Positions 30,926-40,148 of a DNA stretch of 64,000 nucleotides are shown here, in pieces; the stretch's first letter is position 1, and the number at the start of each line of letters is the position of its first letter. The notes under the pieces were generated by a model. The model searched no databases, was not told the origin of the DNA, and worked only from the letters and a program-made list of their open reading frames with translations. The stretch is taken from contig CAKOZD010000004.1 in NCBI GenBank assembly GCA_934131175.1, positions 17,507-81,506 on the forward strand, read 5' to 3'. The translations under genes were made by a program, and so were the position numbers. Source of the DNA: an uncultured Bacilli bacterium (GTDB lineage: Bacteria > Bacillota_I > Bacilli_A > RF39 > UBA660).

Positions 30926-31476
30926 AATATTTTATAATTAACTATACAGATACAATCAATATAAAATCACTTGTATCTGTAAAAAACAAAACACAAGCTA
31001 TGTATTAATCGTATCTTCGTCTAATTATAAAATATTTCATAGTATCATCTCCAATGACTTAATTATAACATATTTTTTCAATTTTATCAAAAAAATCTTG
31101 TATTAAACAATCTAAAGTATTGGTAGACATCAATTAATATACTAAATTTATAAAAGTTAAACAGCTATTATCTCCTATAATTATTAAGAAAAAAAGCTCA
31201 ATCTTTAAACTTAAGCTCATTAACTACAGATATATTTTACAATGATTATTGTTAGAATGATACTGTATAATATCTAACTACATAAATTGGTATATAATTT
31301 TATAATAAAGCATTTAATTAACAACTTAAAAAAACATTATTTTATTGTCGTACATTATACTGCAATTTCATTTAATGCAAACTTTTTATGTTTTTTATTA
31401 TAGTTATCTTCTTAGTATTTATTTTAAAAGTTACAATTTCTTTTTAGTCTCATAAACTATTATGAGGAGGAATACT

Positions 31477-31737
31477 ATGTATAACTATGATAATTATAGT
31501 AATTTTAATAATTACAATCCTTCAGGGTATAATGATGAAAGATTCTTTGGAATTCCATTTATAATTGGAGGTCTTGCTGGTGGAGCATTAGGATATGGTA
31601 TTGGAGCCAATCAAAATAATCAAGGAAATACTTACTATCCAGTATACCCAGTAACATACCCTACATATTATAATCCAGTATATACAACATATCCTACATA
31701 TCCAACTTATCAAACAAGTAATAATTATTACTATTAA
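31477..31737 (+). CDS. Small Tyr/Asn/Pro-rich protein with a glycine-zipper hydrophobic segment
   Basis: aggagg SD 6 nt before the ATG. Sequence MYNYDNYSNFNNY...FFGIPFIIGGLAGGALGYGIGA...YPTYPTYQTSNNYYY. Low complexity, so the coding call rests mainly on the strong RBS. Confidence 0.45.
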   Translation: MYNYDNYSNFNNYNPSGYNDERFFGIPFIIGGLAGGALGYGIGANQNNQGNTYYPVYPVTYPTYYNPVYTTYPTYPTYQTSNNYYY

Positions 31738-31757
31738 AAAGTCTTAGGACTTTTTTT
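31736..31757. terminator. Bidirectional hairpin terminator between the small plus-strand gene and the histidine kinase
   Basis: aaaaagtcttaggacttttttt is a palindrome flanked by A/T runs on both strands. Confidence 0.5.
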
Positions 31758-33000
31758 CTTGCTTTATTGGTAGTGTTATTAATACCGTTGTTCCTTTATT
31801 TTCTCTTGATTTATATGATAGTGTTCCATGATGCAATTCAATTATTTCTTTTATATAAGGTATTCCTATACCTGTTCCTGTTTCTTTTGTCGTGAAAAAG
31901 TCATTATATATTTTTTCAAGTACTTCTTTAGACATACCTTTTCCATTATCTTTCATTGATATGATACAGTTATTGTTATCTTCTTTTATCTTTACATTAA
32001 CTACTAGGTCTTCCTTACGTTTTGATTCTAGTGAATTTTTAAATAAATTTATAAATACTTGTTTTAATCTATTGTAATCACCTTCTATATATATTTCATC
32101 ATCTGGTATTTCTATTTTTGCTTTATTCTTTTTAAATAGAGGTTCTAATATATCTTTAATTTCTTCTAGTAAGTAGCAAATATCTATCTCTTCTACTTCT
32201 ATATTTTTTATTTTACCAAGAGATGAGAAGTCATTAATAATAGTTAAACTTCTTTTTATTTCATTTTGCATAATTTCAATATACTTATCTTGATCTTTTT
32301 TTGAAGCTTCTGGAAACATTTCTAAATATCCATTACAAACTGCTAGTGGATTTTTTAGTTCATGATTTAATTTAAAGACTGATGCTCTTAGTTTCTTTTC
32401 TTTATCTAATTCTTTAAATGTTGTATTTATTTCTAATATTTTTTTACTCTTAGTGAAGAAGAATGATGTTAGAAATGAAAATAATGTTAAAACTATACTA
32501 CCAAATAGAATTAAGAAATGACAATGATGAGTTATATTAGGAGGTTGGATTACAGAAACCAAAACAATTGTTGCGTAGATACATTTTAATATTGAAAATG
32601 TTATAGAAAAATCTCTTATAAAATGATTCTTCTTTTCAAAAAATTTATAAGCAATATAGTAAGATATGTAAAAGAATGCTAGTAAGAATAAATTAACATC
32701 ATGAATCTTATGATATAAAATCATTAAAATAATTGAAATTATAATAGCAGTTTTATCTCTTTTTGATAAATAACTTATAAGTAGTGGCGTACTAAAAAAC
32801 ATATTTGTATTATAATTTTGTAAGTCATCAAAATACATAAGAGAAAATAGAGATACTAGTATTGCAATTGAAAAAGGTATTTTTCCTTCTTTTGCATCAA
32901 TTGATCTTATGTAAGCAATATATACTAAATATAGACATAATGGAAATAATACACTCATTCCATCTAATATAACTGTTTTTATATAACTCATAGTAATCAC
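31744..33000 (-). CDS. Sensor histidine kinase (orphan, with a multi-TM N-terminal sensor)
   Basis: Five or six N-terminal TM helices, a HisKA region, and HATPase motifs (NLFKNSLES, DNGKGMS, GTGIGIPY). No response regulator is adjacent. Confidence 0.8.
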   Translation of the reverse strand: MITMSYIKTVILDGMSVLFPLCLYLVYIAYIRSIDAKEGKIPFSIAILVSLFSLMYFDDLQNYNTNMFFSTPLLISYLSKRDKTAIIISIILMILYHKIHDVNLFLLAFFYISYYIAYKFFEKKNHFIRDFSITFSILKCIYATIVLVSVIQPPNITHHCHFLILFGSIVLTLFSFLTSFFFTKSKKILEINTTFKELDKEKKLRASVFKLNHELKNPLAVCNGYLEMFPEASKKDQDKYIEIMQNEIKRSLTIINDFSSLGKIKNIEVEEIDICYLLEEIKDILEPLFKKNKAKIEIPDDEIYIEGDYNRLKQVFINLFKNSLESKRKEDLVVNVKIKEDNNNCIISMKDNGKGMSKEVLEKIYNDFFTTKETGTGIGIPYIKEIIELHHGTLSYKSRENKGTTVLITLPIKQEKKS

Positions 33001-33068
33001 CAGTTATATTAAATCATATTTTTTTATATAATGGTGTCGTTTTTTGTCGAAAAAAAATGACATTTCTG

Positions 33069-33398
33069 TCATTTTATTTGATCTATGTATTTTTTTAATT
33101 GTTTAGAGTTAGAACCAAGAATTATTTTCAATTGATTATCTATTTCTACGATTCCTTTTGCCCCTAATTTTTGAATACCTTCTTTATTTGCTTTAGATAC
33201 ATCTTTTAATGTTACTTTGAAGCGAGACATATTAGTTTCTGTACTAATAATATTATCTTTTCCTCCAAGTAACTCGACTAATTTATTAAAATCAAGTCCT
33301 GCATCTTTTTTTGTAGCTTTAATTAGTGCTAGTAAAATTATAATTAATACTACTGCAATAATTATATATTGTATAAAATCCATAATTAATATCACCAA
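33069..33398 (-). CDS. Membrane-anchored protein with a PTS EIIB(glucose)-like domain lacking the catalytic Cys
   Basis: TM helix, then LVELLGGKDNIISTETNMSRFKVTLKD...GAKGIVEIDNQLKIILG. This matches the EIIB fold, but the CxTRLR cysteine is replaced. Confidence 0.45.
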   Translation of the reverse strand: MVILIMDFIQYIIIAVVLIIILLALIKATKKDAGLDFNKLVELLGGKDNIISTETNMSRFKVTLKDVSKANKEGIQKLGAKGIVEIDNQLKIILGSNSKQLKKYIDQIK

Positions 33399-33441
33399 AT
33401 TAATTATATATTATTTTTTAATAAAAATAAAGTTTTTATTT

Positions 33442-34965
33442 TTAACCTTGTTTTGTATAAGTCTTTTCTGTTGGTATTTCTTGTACTCCATCATAAATCA
33501 TTATTTCTTCTCCAACATAAATCATATCAGCATTTACAATATTTGGATTGTAATATAATATTACATCTTCTGTTGTATTAAATCTAGTTGCAATTTCTGA
33601 TAGAGTGTCCCCTTCTATAACTTCGTAGAATGTTTTACCATCATCAGACTCATCTTCATTTGTATTTAATGTTATTGTTTTATTAGAATCACTTGATAAT
33701 AATTTAGTAATTGTTAATGTAGAACCACTTACAACAACAGATACAATTAGAGTAATTAAGAAAGCTTTTTTTCTTGTCTTTCCTTTTATCTTACTTAATT
33801 TTTCTGCTAATGCATCATAAATATCTAAAGTTTTATCTAATCCTCTATCTACTAAGTCATATAGTATATCTAATAATGAACTTATATTTAATTTTTTTAA
33901 ACTATTTATTAGTATTTTTATTTTGCTTGTTTTAGATGTTTTTTTACTTTCTTCATCATCAAATTCGTCATCATCAAAGTCTTCGTCATCAAATTCTTCG
34001 TCATCAAATTCTTCATTGTCAAATTCTTCATCATCAAAGTCTTCGCTAGCATATTCTTCTTCATCATATTCTTCATCTTCTTCGTATCCATCATTTGAAT
34101 CATCACAGTCTGAAGTACAAAAGTGACTAATTGAGCATGTCTGTATTGGTTCACTACTGTTTCCATCATATTTAAATGCTTTATCAAATTTCATACTATA
34201 GGCAATACCTCCATCAACACATACTACTTTTCTTACTTTTCCATCTGCTCCACGTAAGTTTAAGTTTTGATTTTGACGAAGTTGAATAGGAGTATGTCCT
34301 ATTACTATAATTGATGATGCATCTGGTAAATGACTTGCTGCTAATTCATCATCTTCTACACTTCTTCCTTTTCTATACCAAAGAATATTAGAAGCAATAT
34401 TAAGTGATTTTTCATCTGTTAATGATTCTACATCTCTTAAATTTAGATTTGGATATTTTTTATATACTTTATCGTCAAAATATGCATGTGCTAGACAATA
34501 AGTCTTTCCTTTATAGAAATGTTTTCTTTGTATAGGTTGACTTCCTAACCAATTCTTTAATAAATCAAATTCTTTTTTATTTGTGTGATGTAATAAAGCT
34601 ACATCCTCTAATGTTTTATCTCCACCATTCTTTTCAATACTATCTGCGTAAGCCTTTGTTGTATCTATTGTATCCATATAACCAAATAGCATTTGATCAT
34701 GGTTTCCTGGAATATAGTGTACTCTTTCTGGATATTTATCAGAAAGACCTTTTATTCTTCTTAATAATCTTATTCCATCTTTTCCATCTAAGTTTTTTCC
34801 TCTATCAGTAGCATCTCCTAATATATAAATATGTTCATATTCATCTAAATAATATTTTTCAATCTTATCTACTGGCCAACTAAATGAGTGAAAATCACTT
34901 AGTACTACAAATGACCCCTTTTTAAACTTTTCCTTTTTATTCATTTCTAAATCCCCCAATTTCAA
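33442..34965 (-). CDS. Calcineurin-like metallophosphoesterase fused to an acidic repeat region, a TM helix and a C-terminal LysM domain
   Basis: GDATDRGKN...GNHD phosphoesterase motifs. An (E/D)EFDD repeat tract. A hydrophobic helix, FLITLIVSVVVSG. A LysM motif, YEVIEGDTLSEIATRFNTTEDVILYYNPNI. Confidence 0.65.
   Translation of the reverse strand: MKLGDLEMNKKEKFKKGSFVVLSDFHSFSWPVDKIEKYYLDEYEHIYILGDATDRGKNLDGKDGIRLLRRIKGLSDKYPERVHYIPGNHDQMLFGYMDTIDTTKAYADSIEKNGGDKTLEDVALLHHTNKKEFDLLKNWLGSQPIQRKHFYKGKTYCLAHAYFDDKVYKKYPNLNLRDVESLTDEKSLNIASNILWYRKGRSVEDDELAASHLPDASSIIVIGHTPIQLRQNQNLNLRGADGKVRKVVCVDGGIAYSMKFDKAFKYDGNSSEPIQTCSISHFCTSDCDDSNDGYEEDEEYDEEEYASEDFDDEEFDNEEFDDEEFDDEDFDDDEFDDEESKKTSKTSKIKILINSLKKLNISSLLDILYDLVDRGLDKTLDIYDALAEKLSKIKGKTRKKAFLITLIVSVVVSGSTLTITKLLSSDSNKTITLNTNEDESDDGKTFYEVIEGDTLSEIATRFNTTEDVILYYNPNIVNADMIYVGEEIMIYDGVQEIPTEKTYTKQG
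33950..34075 (-). repeat. Tandem 15-18-nt repeats encoding the (E/D)EFDD acidic tract
   Basis: Reiterated ttcgtcatcatcaaa(g/t)tcttc units on the plus strand. The repeats generate spurious ORFs on both strands. Confidence 0.7.
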
Positions 34966-35044
34966 AAATATCGATGAATATTATAGTTATAATTTTAAAA
35001 AATGCAATATCAAAATTAAAAAAAACAAAGAATTTTTTCTTTGC

Positions 35045-35794
35045 TTATATTTGAGTAATCTGATTAACTTTTTTTATAAAATCTTTACTTTTAATATATA
35101 GTCCTGTGTATCTGTCATAATAATCATTTAAAAATATATTTATTTCTTTTGTAACTAGTGGGCTTACTTCCAATTTTTTTATATTTTTTATATCTACATA
35201 GTAATACATTCTAACTATTTTTATTGTTTTTTCACTTACAATATACTCATTTGTATAACAATTACCACAGACATATCCTCCTGCATCACTTGATAAAGTT
35301 ACAATATTTTTATTACTACCACAGATACTACATGAATCAATATTTGGAGATACTCCTAAATAATCTAATAATTTTATTTCTATGATGTTTGTTAAAATAA
35401 TGGGACTTAGTCCTTCTTCTAATTTTGTTAATGTATCTCTTAGAATAGAAAATACTTCTTTAGAATCTGTTTGTCTAACTACTTGTGTGGTTAAATCAAG
35501 GATATATGATGCATATGATATTTTTTCTAAATCCATTAGTGTCTTAGAAAATGAATTAATTATATCTATACTTATAAGAGTTGATACTCCTTGTTCTTTA
35601 TAATAAACATTAAACTTTCCATATATTAGTTTTCTGCTTACTCCTCTTAATTTGCTTTTCATTTTACGACAGCCTTTAGACATAATTCCTATAAGACCAT
35701 ATTTATCAGTTAAAACATTTAGTATCTTACTTGATTCACCATAATTAGTTTCACTTAATATGATTCCTTCAAATGTTTCTATTCTCATTTTCAT
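35045..35794 (-). CDS. recO: DNA repair protein RecO
   Basis: N-terminal OB-fold region and a C-terminal zinc finger, CSICGS...CGNCY. Conserved position after era. Confidence 0.85.
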   Translation of the reverse strand: MKMRIETFEGIILSETNYGESSKILNVLTDKYGLIGIMSKGCRKMKSKLRGVSRKLIYGKFNVYYKEQGVSTLISIDIINSFSKTLMDLEKISYASYILDLTTQVVRQTDSKEVFSILRDTLTKLEEGLSPIILTNIIEIKLLDYLGVSPNIDSCSICGSNKNIVTLSSDAGGYVCGNCYTNEYIVSEKTIKIVRMYYYVDIKNIKKLEVSPLVTKEINIFLNDYYDRYTGLYIKSKDFIKKVNQITQI

Positions 35795-35923
35795 AGCATC
35801 ACTTCTTTAACTTCATCATTAAATTATAGTATTTTATATTACCTGTTTTATTAAATAATTTCCATAAAATATCTATAGTCATAAAATCACCTCTACTTAT
35901 ATAGTGGTGATTTTTTTGAAATT

Positions 35924-36814
35924 TTATTCATCTTCGTCTTTTAAACCAAATTCTATGAAGTATTTTTCTTCATCTCTCCAGTTTTTGATTGATTTTACAT
36001 ATGTTTCTAAGAAAACTTTCTTTCCTAAGAATTCTTCCATATCATGTCTTGCTCTTGTACCTATTTCTTTTAGCATTGATCCTTGTTTTCCAATGATTAT
36101 TTTTTTGATATTATCACGGTCAACTACAATTAGTACTTGAATATGAACTACTTTTTCATCTTCTTCATAGTTTTCTACATAGCAAGTTACTGTATGTGGA
36201 ATTTCATCTCTTGTTAATTCTAGTACTTTTTCTCTTACGAACTCTGCCATTATAAATCTTGTTGTTACATTTGTAAGTTCTTCTTCTGAATAGATTTTTT
36301 CACTTTCTGGTAATTCTTTTTTAATACAATCTATTAATAAATCAACATTGTCTTTTTTTCTTGCTGATATTGGAATTATTTCTTTAAAGTCATATAACTC
36401 TTTTAATTCAGCAATATTTTTTAATAAATCTTCTTTATTTTTTACTAAGTCAATTTTATTTAGAAGTAAAAATACTGGGATATTTTTATTTTTTATTTTT
36501 TCTAATATGAATTTGTCACCTTTACCAAAACCTTTTGATATATCTACTAAGAATAAGATTATATCTACTCCTTCAGTATTGTTATAGGCTTTTTTATTCA
36601 TTAAGTTGCCTAATTTATTACTTGGTTTATGAATTCCTGGTGTATCTACAAATATAATTTGTGAGTCATCATCGTTATATATTCCATTTATTACATTTCT
36701 TGTTGTTCCAGAAACATTTGAAGTTATTGCAAGTTTCATTCCTAAAATTGAATTTAGAAGAGAACTTTTACCAACATTTGGTCTTCCTACTAAACTAACA
36801 AATCCACATTTCAT
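35924..36814 (-). CDS. era: GTPase Era
   Basis: GRPNVGKSSLLN G1 motif, DTPG, NKID, and a C-terminal KH domain. Confidence 0.95.
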   Translation of the reverse strand: MKCGFVSLVGRPNVGKSSLLNSILGMKLAITSNVSGTTRNVINGIYNDDDSQIIFVDTPGIHKPSNKLGNLMNKKAYNNTEGVDIILFLVDISKGFGKGDKFILEKIKNKNIPVFLLLNKIDLVKNKEDLLKNIAELKELYDFKEIIPISARKKDNVDLLIDCIKKELPESEKIYSEEELTNVTTRFIMAEFVREKVLELTRDEIPHTVTCYVENYEEDEKVVHIQVLIVVDRDNIKKIIIGKQGSMLKEIGTRARHDMEEFLGKKVFLETYVKSIKNWRDEEKYFIEFGLKDEDE

Positions 36815-37200
36815 TTTAAATCATCCTCTCCAAATGGGTATGGGCATAGTTCTTCTACTGTGTGACAAACACTTTCTCCTTTTGTGTTATAACAAATTAC
36901 TTTTGCATCTTTATCAAATACTTCAGATATCATTTGTCTACACACAAAGCATGGCATTCCTATAGTTTCTGTTGATGATGTCATAACATGTAATTCTTTA
37001 AATTCACCTTTTTTTACTCCAGCAGTTAGTGCGGTAAATATTGCTGTTCTTTCAGCACAAGTTCCAGCTCTTGTTGATGCATCTTCTACATTTACTCCAG
37101 GATATTCTTTTCCATCTTTTGTAACTACTATTGCTGAAACTGGATAATTTGAAATTGGAACATAACTATTTTTATGCAATTCTAATAATTTTTCTATCAT
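36811..37200 (-). CDS. cdd: Cytidine deaminase
   Basis: CAERTAIF and PCFVCRQ zinc-binding motifs. Confidence 0.9.
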   Translation of the reverse strand: MIEKLLELHKNSYVPISNYPVSAIVVTKDGKEYPGVNVEDASTRAGTCAERTAIFTALTAGVKKGEFKELHVMTSSTETIGMPCFVCRQMISEVFDKDAKVICYNTKGESVCHTVEELCPYPFGEDDLK

Positions 37201-37212
37201 TTAACTTCTCCT

Positions 37213-37644
37213 TTAAATTAGTTCTAATATTTTTGGTACGAATATAATAATTCCTCCGATTAGCGCTGCAAAGCATAATATTAATGTTGCAGAGCTTGCT
37301 GTGTCTTTTGCAATTTTTGCTAGTGGATGAATTTCAGTTGTTACTAAGTCTACTGTTGCTTCTATTGCTGAGTTTAACATTTCACAAGCAGCGATTGCTG
37401 CACATATAAAGATTATAAATAACCATTCATATGTACTTACATTTAAAATAAGTCCACAAGATATTGCAAATATTGTTGCACATATAATTATTATTATATT
37501 ATGTTCATATTTTGTTGCATATACGATTCCGTCTATTGCATGTAAAAAACTTTTATAATATCTTTCTAGTGCAGACCCTGTATCTTTATTTCTTTTTGGT
37601 GTTTTTTCTCCAAATAATTTTCTTAGTTTATCTAGTAATGCCAT
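37213..37644 (-). CDS. dgkA: Diacylglycerol/undecaprenol kinase (prokaryotic DAGK family)
   Basis: Three TM helices and an EMLNSAIEATVD motif. Conserved ybeY-dgkA-cdd context. Confidence 0.8.
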   Translation of the reverse strand: MALLDKLRKLFGEKTPKRNKDTGSALERYYKSFLHAIDGIVYATKYEHNIIIIICATIFAISCGLILNVSTYEWLFIIFICAAIAACEMLNSAIEATVDLVTTEIHPLAKIAKDTASSATLILCFAALIGGIIIFVPKILELI

Positions 37645-38077
37645 AAGAGTTTAATACCTCCTCTTGTTTTGCAAACATTACTTTCTCATCTTCTTCAGTC
37701 ATATGATCATAACCTAATAAATGATAAAAACCATGAACTGCTAAAAAGCATATTTCTCTTAAGAATGAATGACCATATTCTTCTGCTTGAGCCTTAGCCT
37801 TATCAAGTGATATATATACATCTCCTAAAATTCTTTCTTCATCTGGTATTATTACTGTATCTTCATCTTCTAATGCAAATGTAATAACATCTGTTTCTCT
37901 ATCAATATGACGATAATTTTTATTTAATTCATGAATATAATTATTATCGACAATAATAAGATTAAAACTTGTATTTTCCATATGTTCTTTTTCTAAAGCA
38001 CTATATAATACTTTTTCTACTGTTTCTAATTCTTTTACTTCTTCTTCTGTTTGATTAAATATTTCAATTTTATTCAT
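37628..38077 (-). CDS. ybeY: rRNA maturation endoribonuclease YbeY
   Basis: HGFYHLLGYDH zinc-binding motif. Confidence 0.9.
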   Translation of the reverse strand: MNKIEIFNQTEEEVKELETVEKVLYSALEKEHMENTSFNLIIVDNNYIHELNKNYRHIDRETDVITFALEDEDTVIIPDEERILGDVYISLDKAKAQAEEYGHSFLREICFLAVHGFYHLLGYDHMTEEDEKVMFAKQEEVLNSYGITR

Positions 38078-38086
38078 ATTTCCTCC

Positions 38087-38695
38087 TTAAATTAGATAGA
38101 CTGTTGAAACTATAACAATTAATGTAATTATTGCTAAAACATTTAAAAACCATTCACTATGACAAAATTTTGGTAATTTCTCGCCTATTCCTTTTAATAT
38201 TTTATATATTAAATATCCAAATATACCACCTAGTAAGTTTAATATTATATCATCAACATCAAATACTCTTCCTATTACTAATTGTACTGTTTCAATTGAT
38301 ACTGATGCTATTACTGTAAGCATTAATGGTAAGTTTATTTTTTCTACTTTTAAATATAAGCTTGCGAATAAACCAAATGGCATAAACATAATCATATTTC
38401 CTAAAACGTTTTTTATGAATAATTTACTCGTTATATTATAACGCAGAATTTCTCTGAATGGAACAAAATTATTACTTGCCCAAGAAGTATCATCTTGAAA
38501 TGTAACTACTTGGAATAAACATAATATATAAATGATAAAACTTAACATAAGTAATTCTTTATATAGGACCATTTTTTCTTTATTTTTTATTAGATAAGTG
38601 ACTCTAAATGAAACTAAAATTATTACTGAAATTAGTATCATTGGCCAAGTGAACTCTATAACTCCATGAATTGTACTACTTAATGGTCCCAACAT
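38087..38695 (-). CDS. VanZ-like family membrane protein
   Basis: Polytopic membrane protein. FVPFREI...NMIMFMPFGLF pattern typical of VanZ. Confidence 0.5.
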   Translation of the reverse strand: MLGPLSSTIHGVIEFTWPMILISVIILVSFRVTYLIKNKEKMVLYKELLMLSFIIYILCLFQVVTFQDDTSWASNNFVPFREILRYNITSKLFIKNVLGNMIMFMPFGLFASLYLKVEKINLPLMLTVIASVSIETVQLVIGRVFDVDDIILNLLGGIFGYLIYKILKGIGEKLPKFCHSEWFLNVLAIITLIVIVSTVYLI

Positions 38696-38699
38696 AAAA

Positions 38700-39860
38700 T
38701 CACTCTTCTTTCTTATTTAACTCATCTATATTTATACCACTTATGTCAAAATAGGATGTTATATTTTCTTCTGCAACAATAAACACTTCTATATCTATTT
38801 TACTATTATTTATACTATTTTTCAAAATTTTTTTATCTAGTATATGTTCATCTTTTTTTAGACCTTCTTTAACTTTATTTTCAGCAAGCATTAAAGCCTT
38901 TTTTTCTATTTCTTTTTTTGATAATTGTTGCTCTTTTCTATTTATTTCTAGATATTTAGATAAGCTAATTTCCATTGGAACTAATTTACTTCCTACTATA
39001 TTATACTTTTTTATTTTATATTCACTGAATTTATTTCCTAATTTATATTCTTTATTTAATATTTTTATATAAAAACCTGTTTTCTCATTTGATGTATAAA
39101 TTGTATTTAGTGTAGTATTTTCTAGTGATAGTTTTACTTTATACCATGTTTTTCCATAAATAAGTCCTTTAGCACAAACTTTTGTTTTAACAGTTTCTTT
39201 ATTATGAATTAGGCCACTTACAATAGTTTCTCCTGCTACTACATAATCATTTTTCTTTTTTATTATTTCTCCATTTTCTACATTTATCTTAGTAATTACT
39301 GCATTCTTTTTGGAAACAATATTTCTTGGAAGACACTCATCTTCTTTTTCTTTTACTTTTCTTTCTTCTACTTTAATAACATACTTTGTCCCTATTCTTT
39401 CTATTTCTAACCATTCAATATCTTTATTTTCCAATAATTTTTCTTTTATATTATTTACTTTATTATCACTTAAGACAAAATTGTATTTTTTTATTCCAAG
39501 GTCTGTTAATTCTTCTTTTATTTCTTTTACTAGTTTCTTATTATGATTTATTACTTCTACTTTAAATATAATATGAGATAGAAAGATATTTATAAAAATT
39601 GCGAATAAAAAAAAGAAAAGTAATAATCTATATTTATTAAATAAATATTTTAATTTACTTACTCCATATCTATTAATTATTTTTACTTTAGAAGTTGTTT
39701 TTATTTTCTTTACTTTTTTATAATCCTTATAGTCAATTATTATTTCTAATTTATTATGAGATTTTACAAGATCATATATATTAATTTTTCTTCGTATTAA
39801 TTCTTTAAAGAAATAATTTGTGTATTTTCCTGTTACTTCTATTTTTATTCTATCAATCAT
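38700..39860 (-). CDS. yqfD: Sporulation protein YqfD
   Basis: Strong similarity pattern to Bacillus YqfD (LPRNIVSKKNAVITKINVENGE; GKTWYKVKLS...). Single TM helix. Follows yqfC. Confidence 0.8.
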   Translation of the reverse strand: MIDRIKIEVTGKYTNYFFKELIRRKINIYDLVKSHNKLEIIIDYKDYKKVKKIKTTSKVKIINRYGVSKLKYLFNKYRLLLFFFLFAIFINIFLSHIIFKVEVINHNKKLVKEIKEELTDLGIKKYNFVLSDNKVNNIKEKLLENKDIEWLEIERIGTKYVIKVEERKVKEKEDECLPRNIVSKKNAVITKINVENGEIIKKKNDYVVAGETIVSGLIHNKETVKTKVCAKGLIYGKTWYKVKLSLENTTLNTIYTSNEKTGFYIKILNKEYKLGNKFSEYKIKKYNIVGSKLVPMEISLSKYLEINRKEQQLSKKEIEKKALMLAENKVKEGLKKDEHILDKKILKNSINNSKIDIEVFIVAEENITSYFDISGINIDELNKKEE

Positions 39861-40092
39861 TTACTACCTCTAAACTAGTTACTTCTCCATTTAATAATAG
39901 TTCATTGTCTAATAGTTTTTTTAGTATTAATTTTTTTCCTTTTATTATTATTTTTTTATTATTTATGTATAGTGATACATAGTTATCTTCTATTGTGATT
40001 AATCTTGTATAGTTTATTATATCTATTAAATTGTCCTCATATATTAGTTTAAATTTCTTATCATCAATATAATTATTTAATCTATCTAGCAT
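39853..40092 (-). CDS. yqfC: Sporulation protein YqfC
   Basis: IIKGKKLILKKLLDNELLLNGEVTSLEV matches the YqfC C-terminal pattern. Overlaps the yqfD start. The start codon is uncertain (40092 or 40137). Confidence 0.65.
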   Translation of the reverse strand: MLDRLNNYIDDKKFKLIYEDNLIDIINYTRLITIEDNYVSLYINNKKIIIKGKKLILKKLLDNELLLNGEVTSLEVVND

Positions 40093-40148
40093 ATTATTCA
40101 CCAGTAAATTATATGTTTTAAGGCAAAAAAAAAGCATTAATTTGCTTT

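Noticed and set aside
31000-31460. Small ORFs (such as MQTFYVFYYSYLLSIYFKSYNFFLVS) in the long intergenic region
   Set aside because: No RBS, extreme low complexity, and no double-glycine or other recognisable leader. More likely non-coding leader or promoter DNA.
33918-34187. ORFs 33918..34187(-) and 33923..34126(+) overlapping the acidic repeat of the phosphoesterase gene
   Set aside because: Alternative frames of the 15-18-nt tandem repeat (poly-MKN / poly-SSS). They are repeat artefacts.
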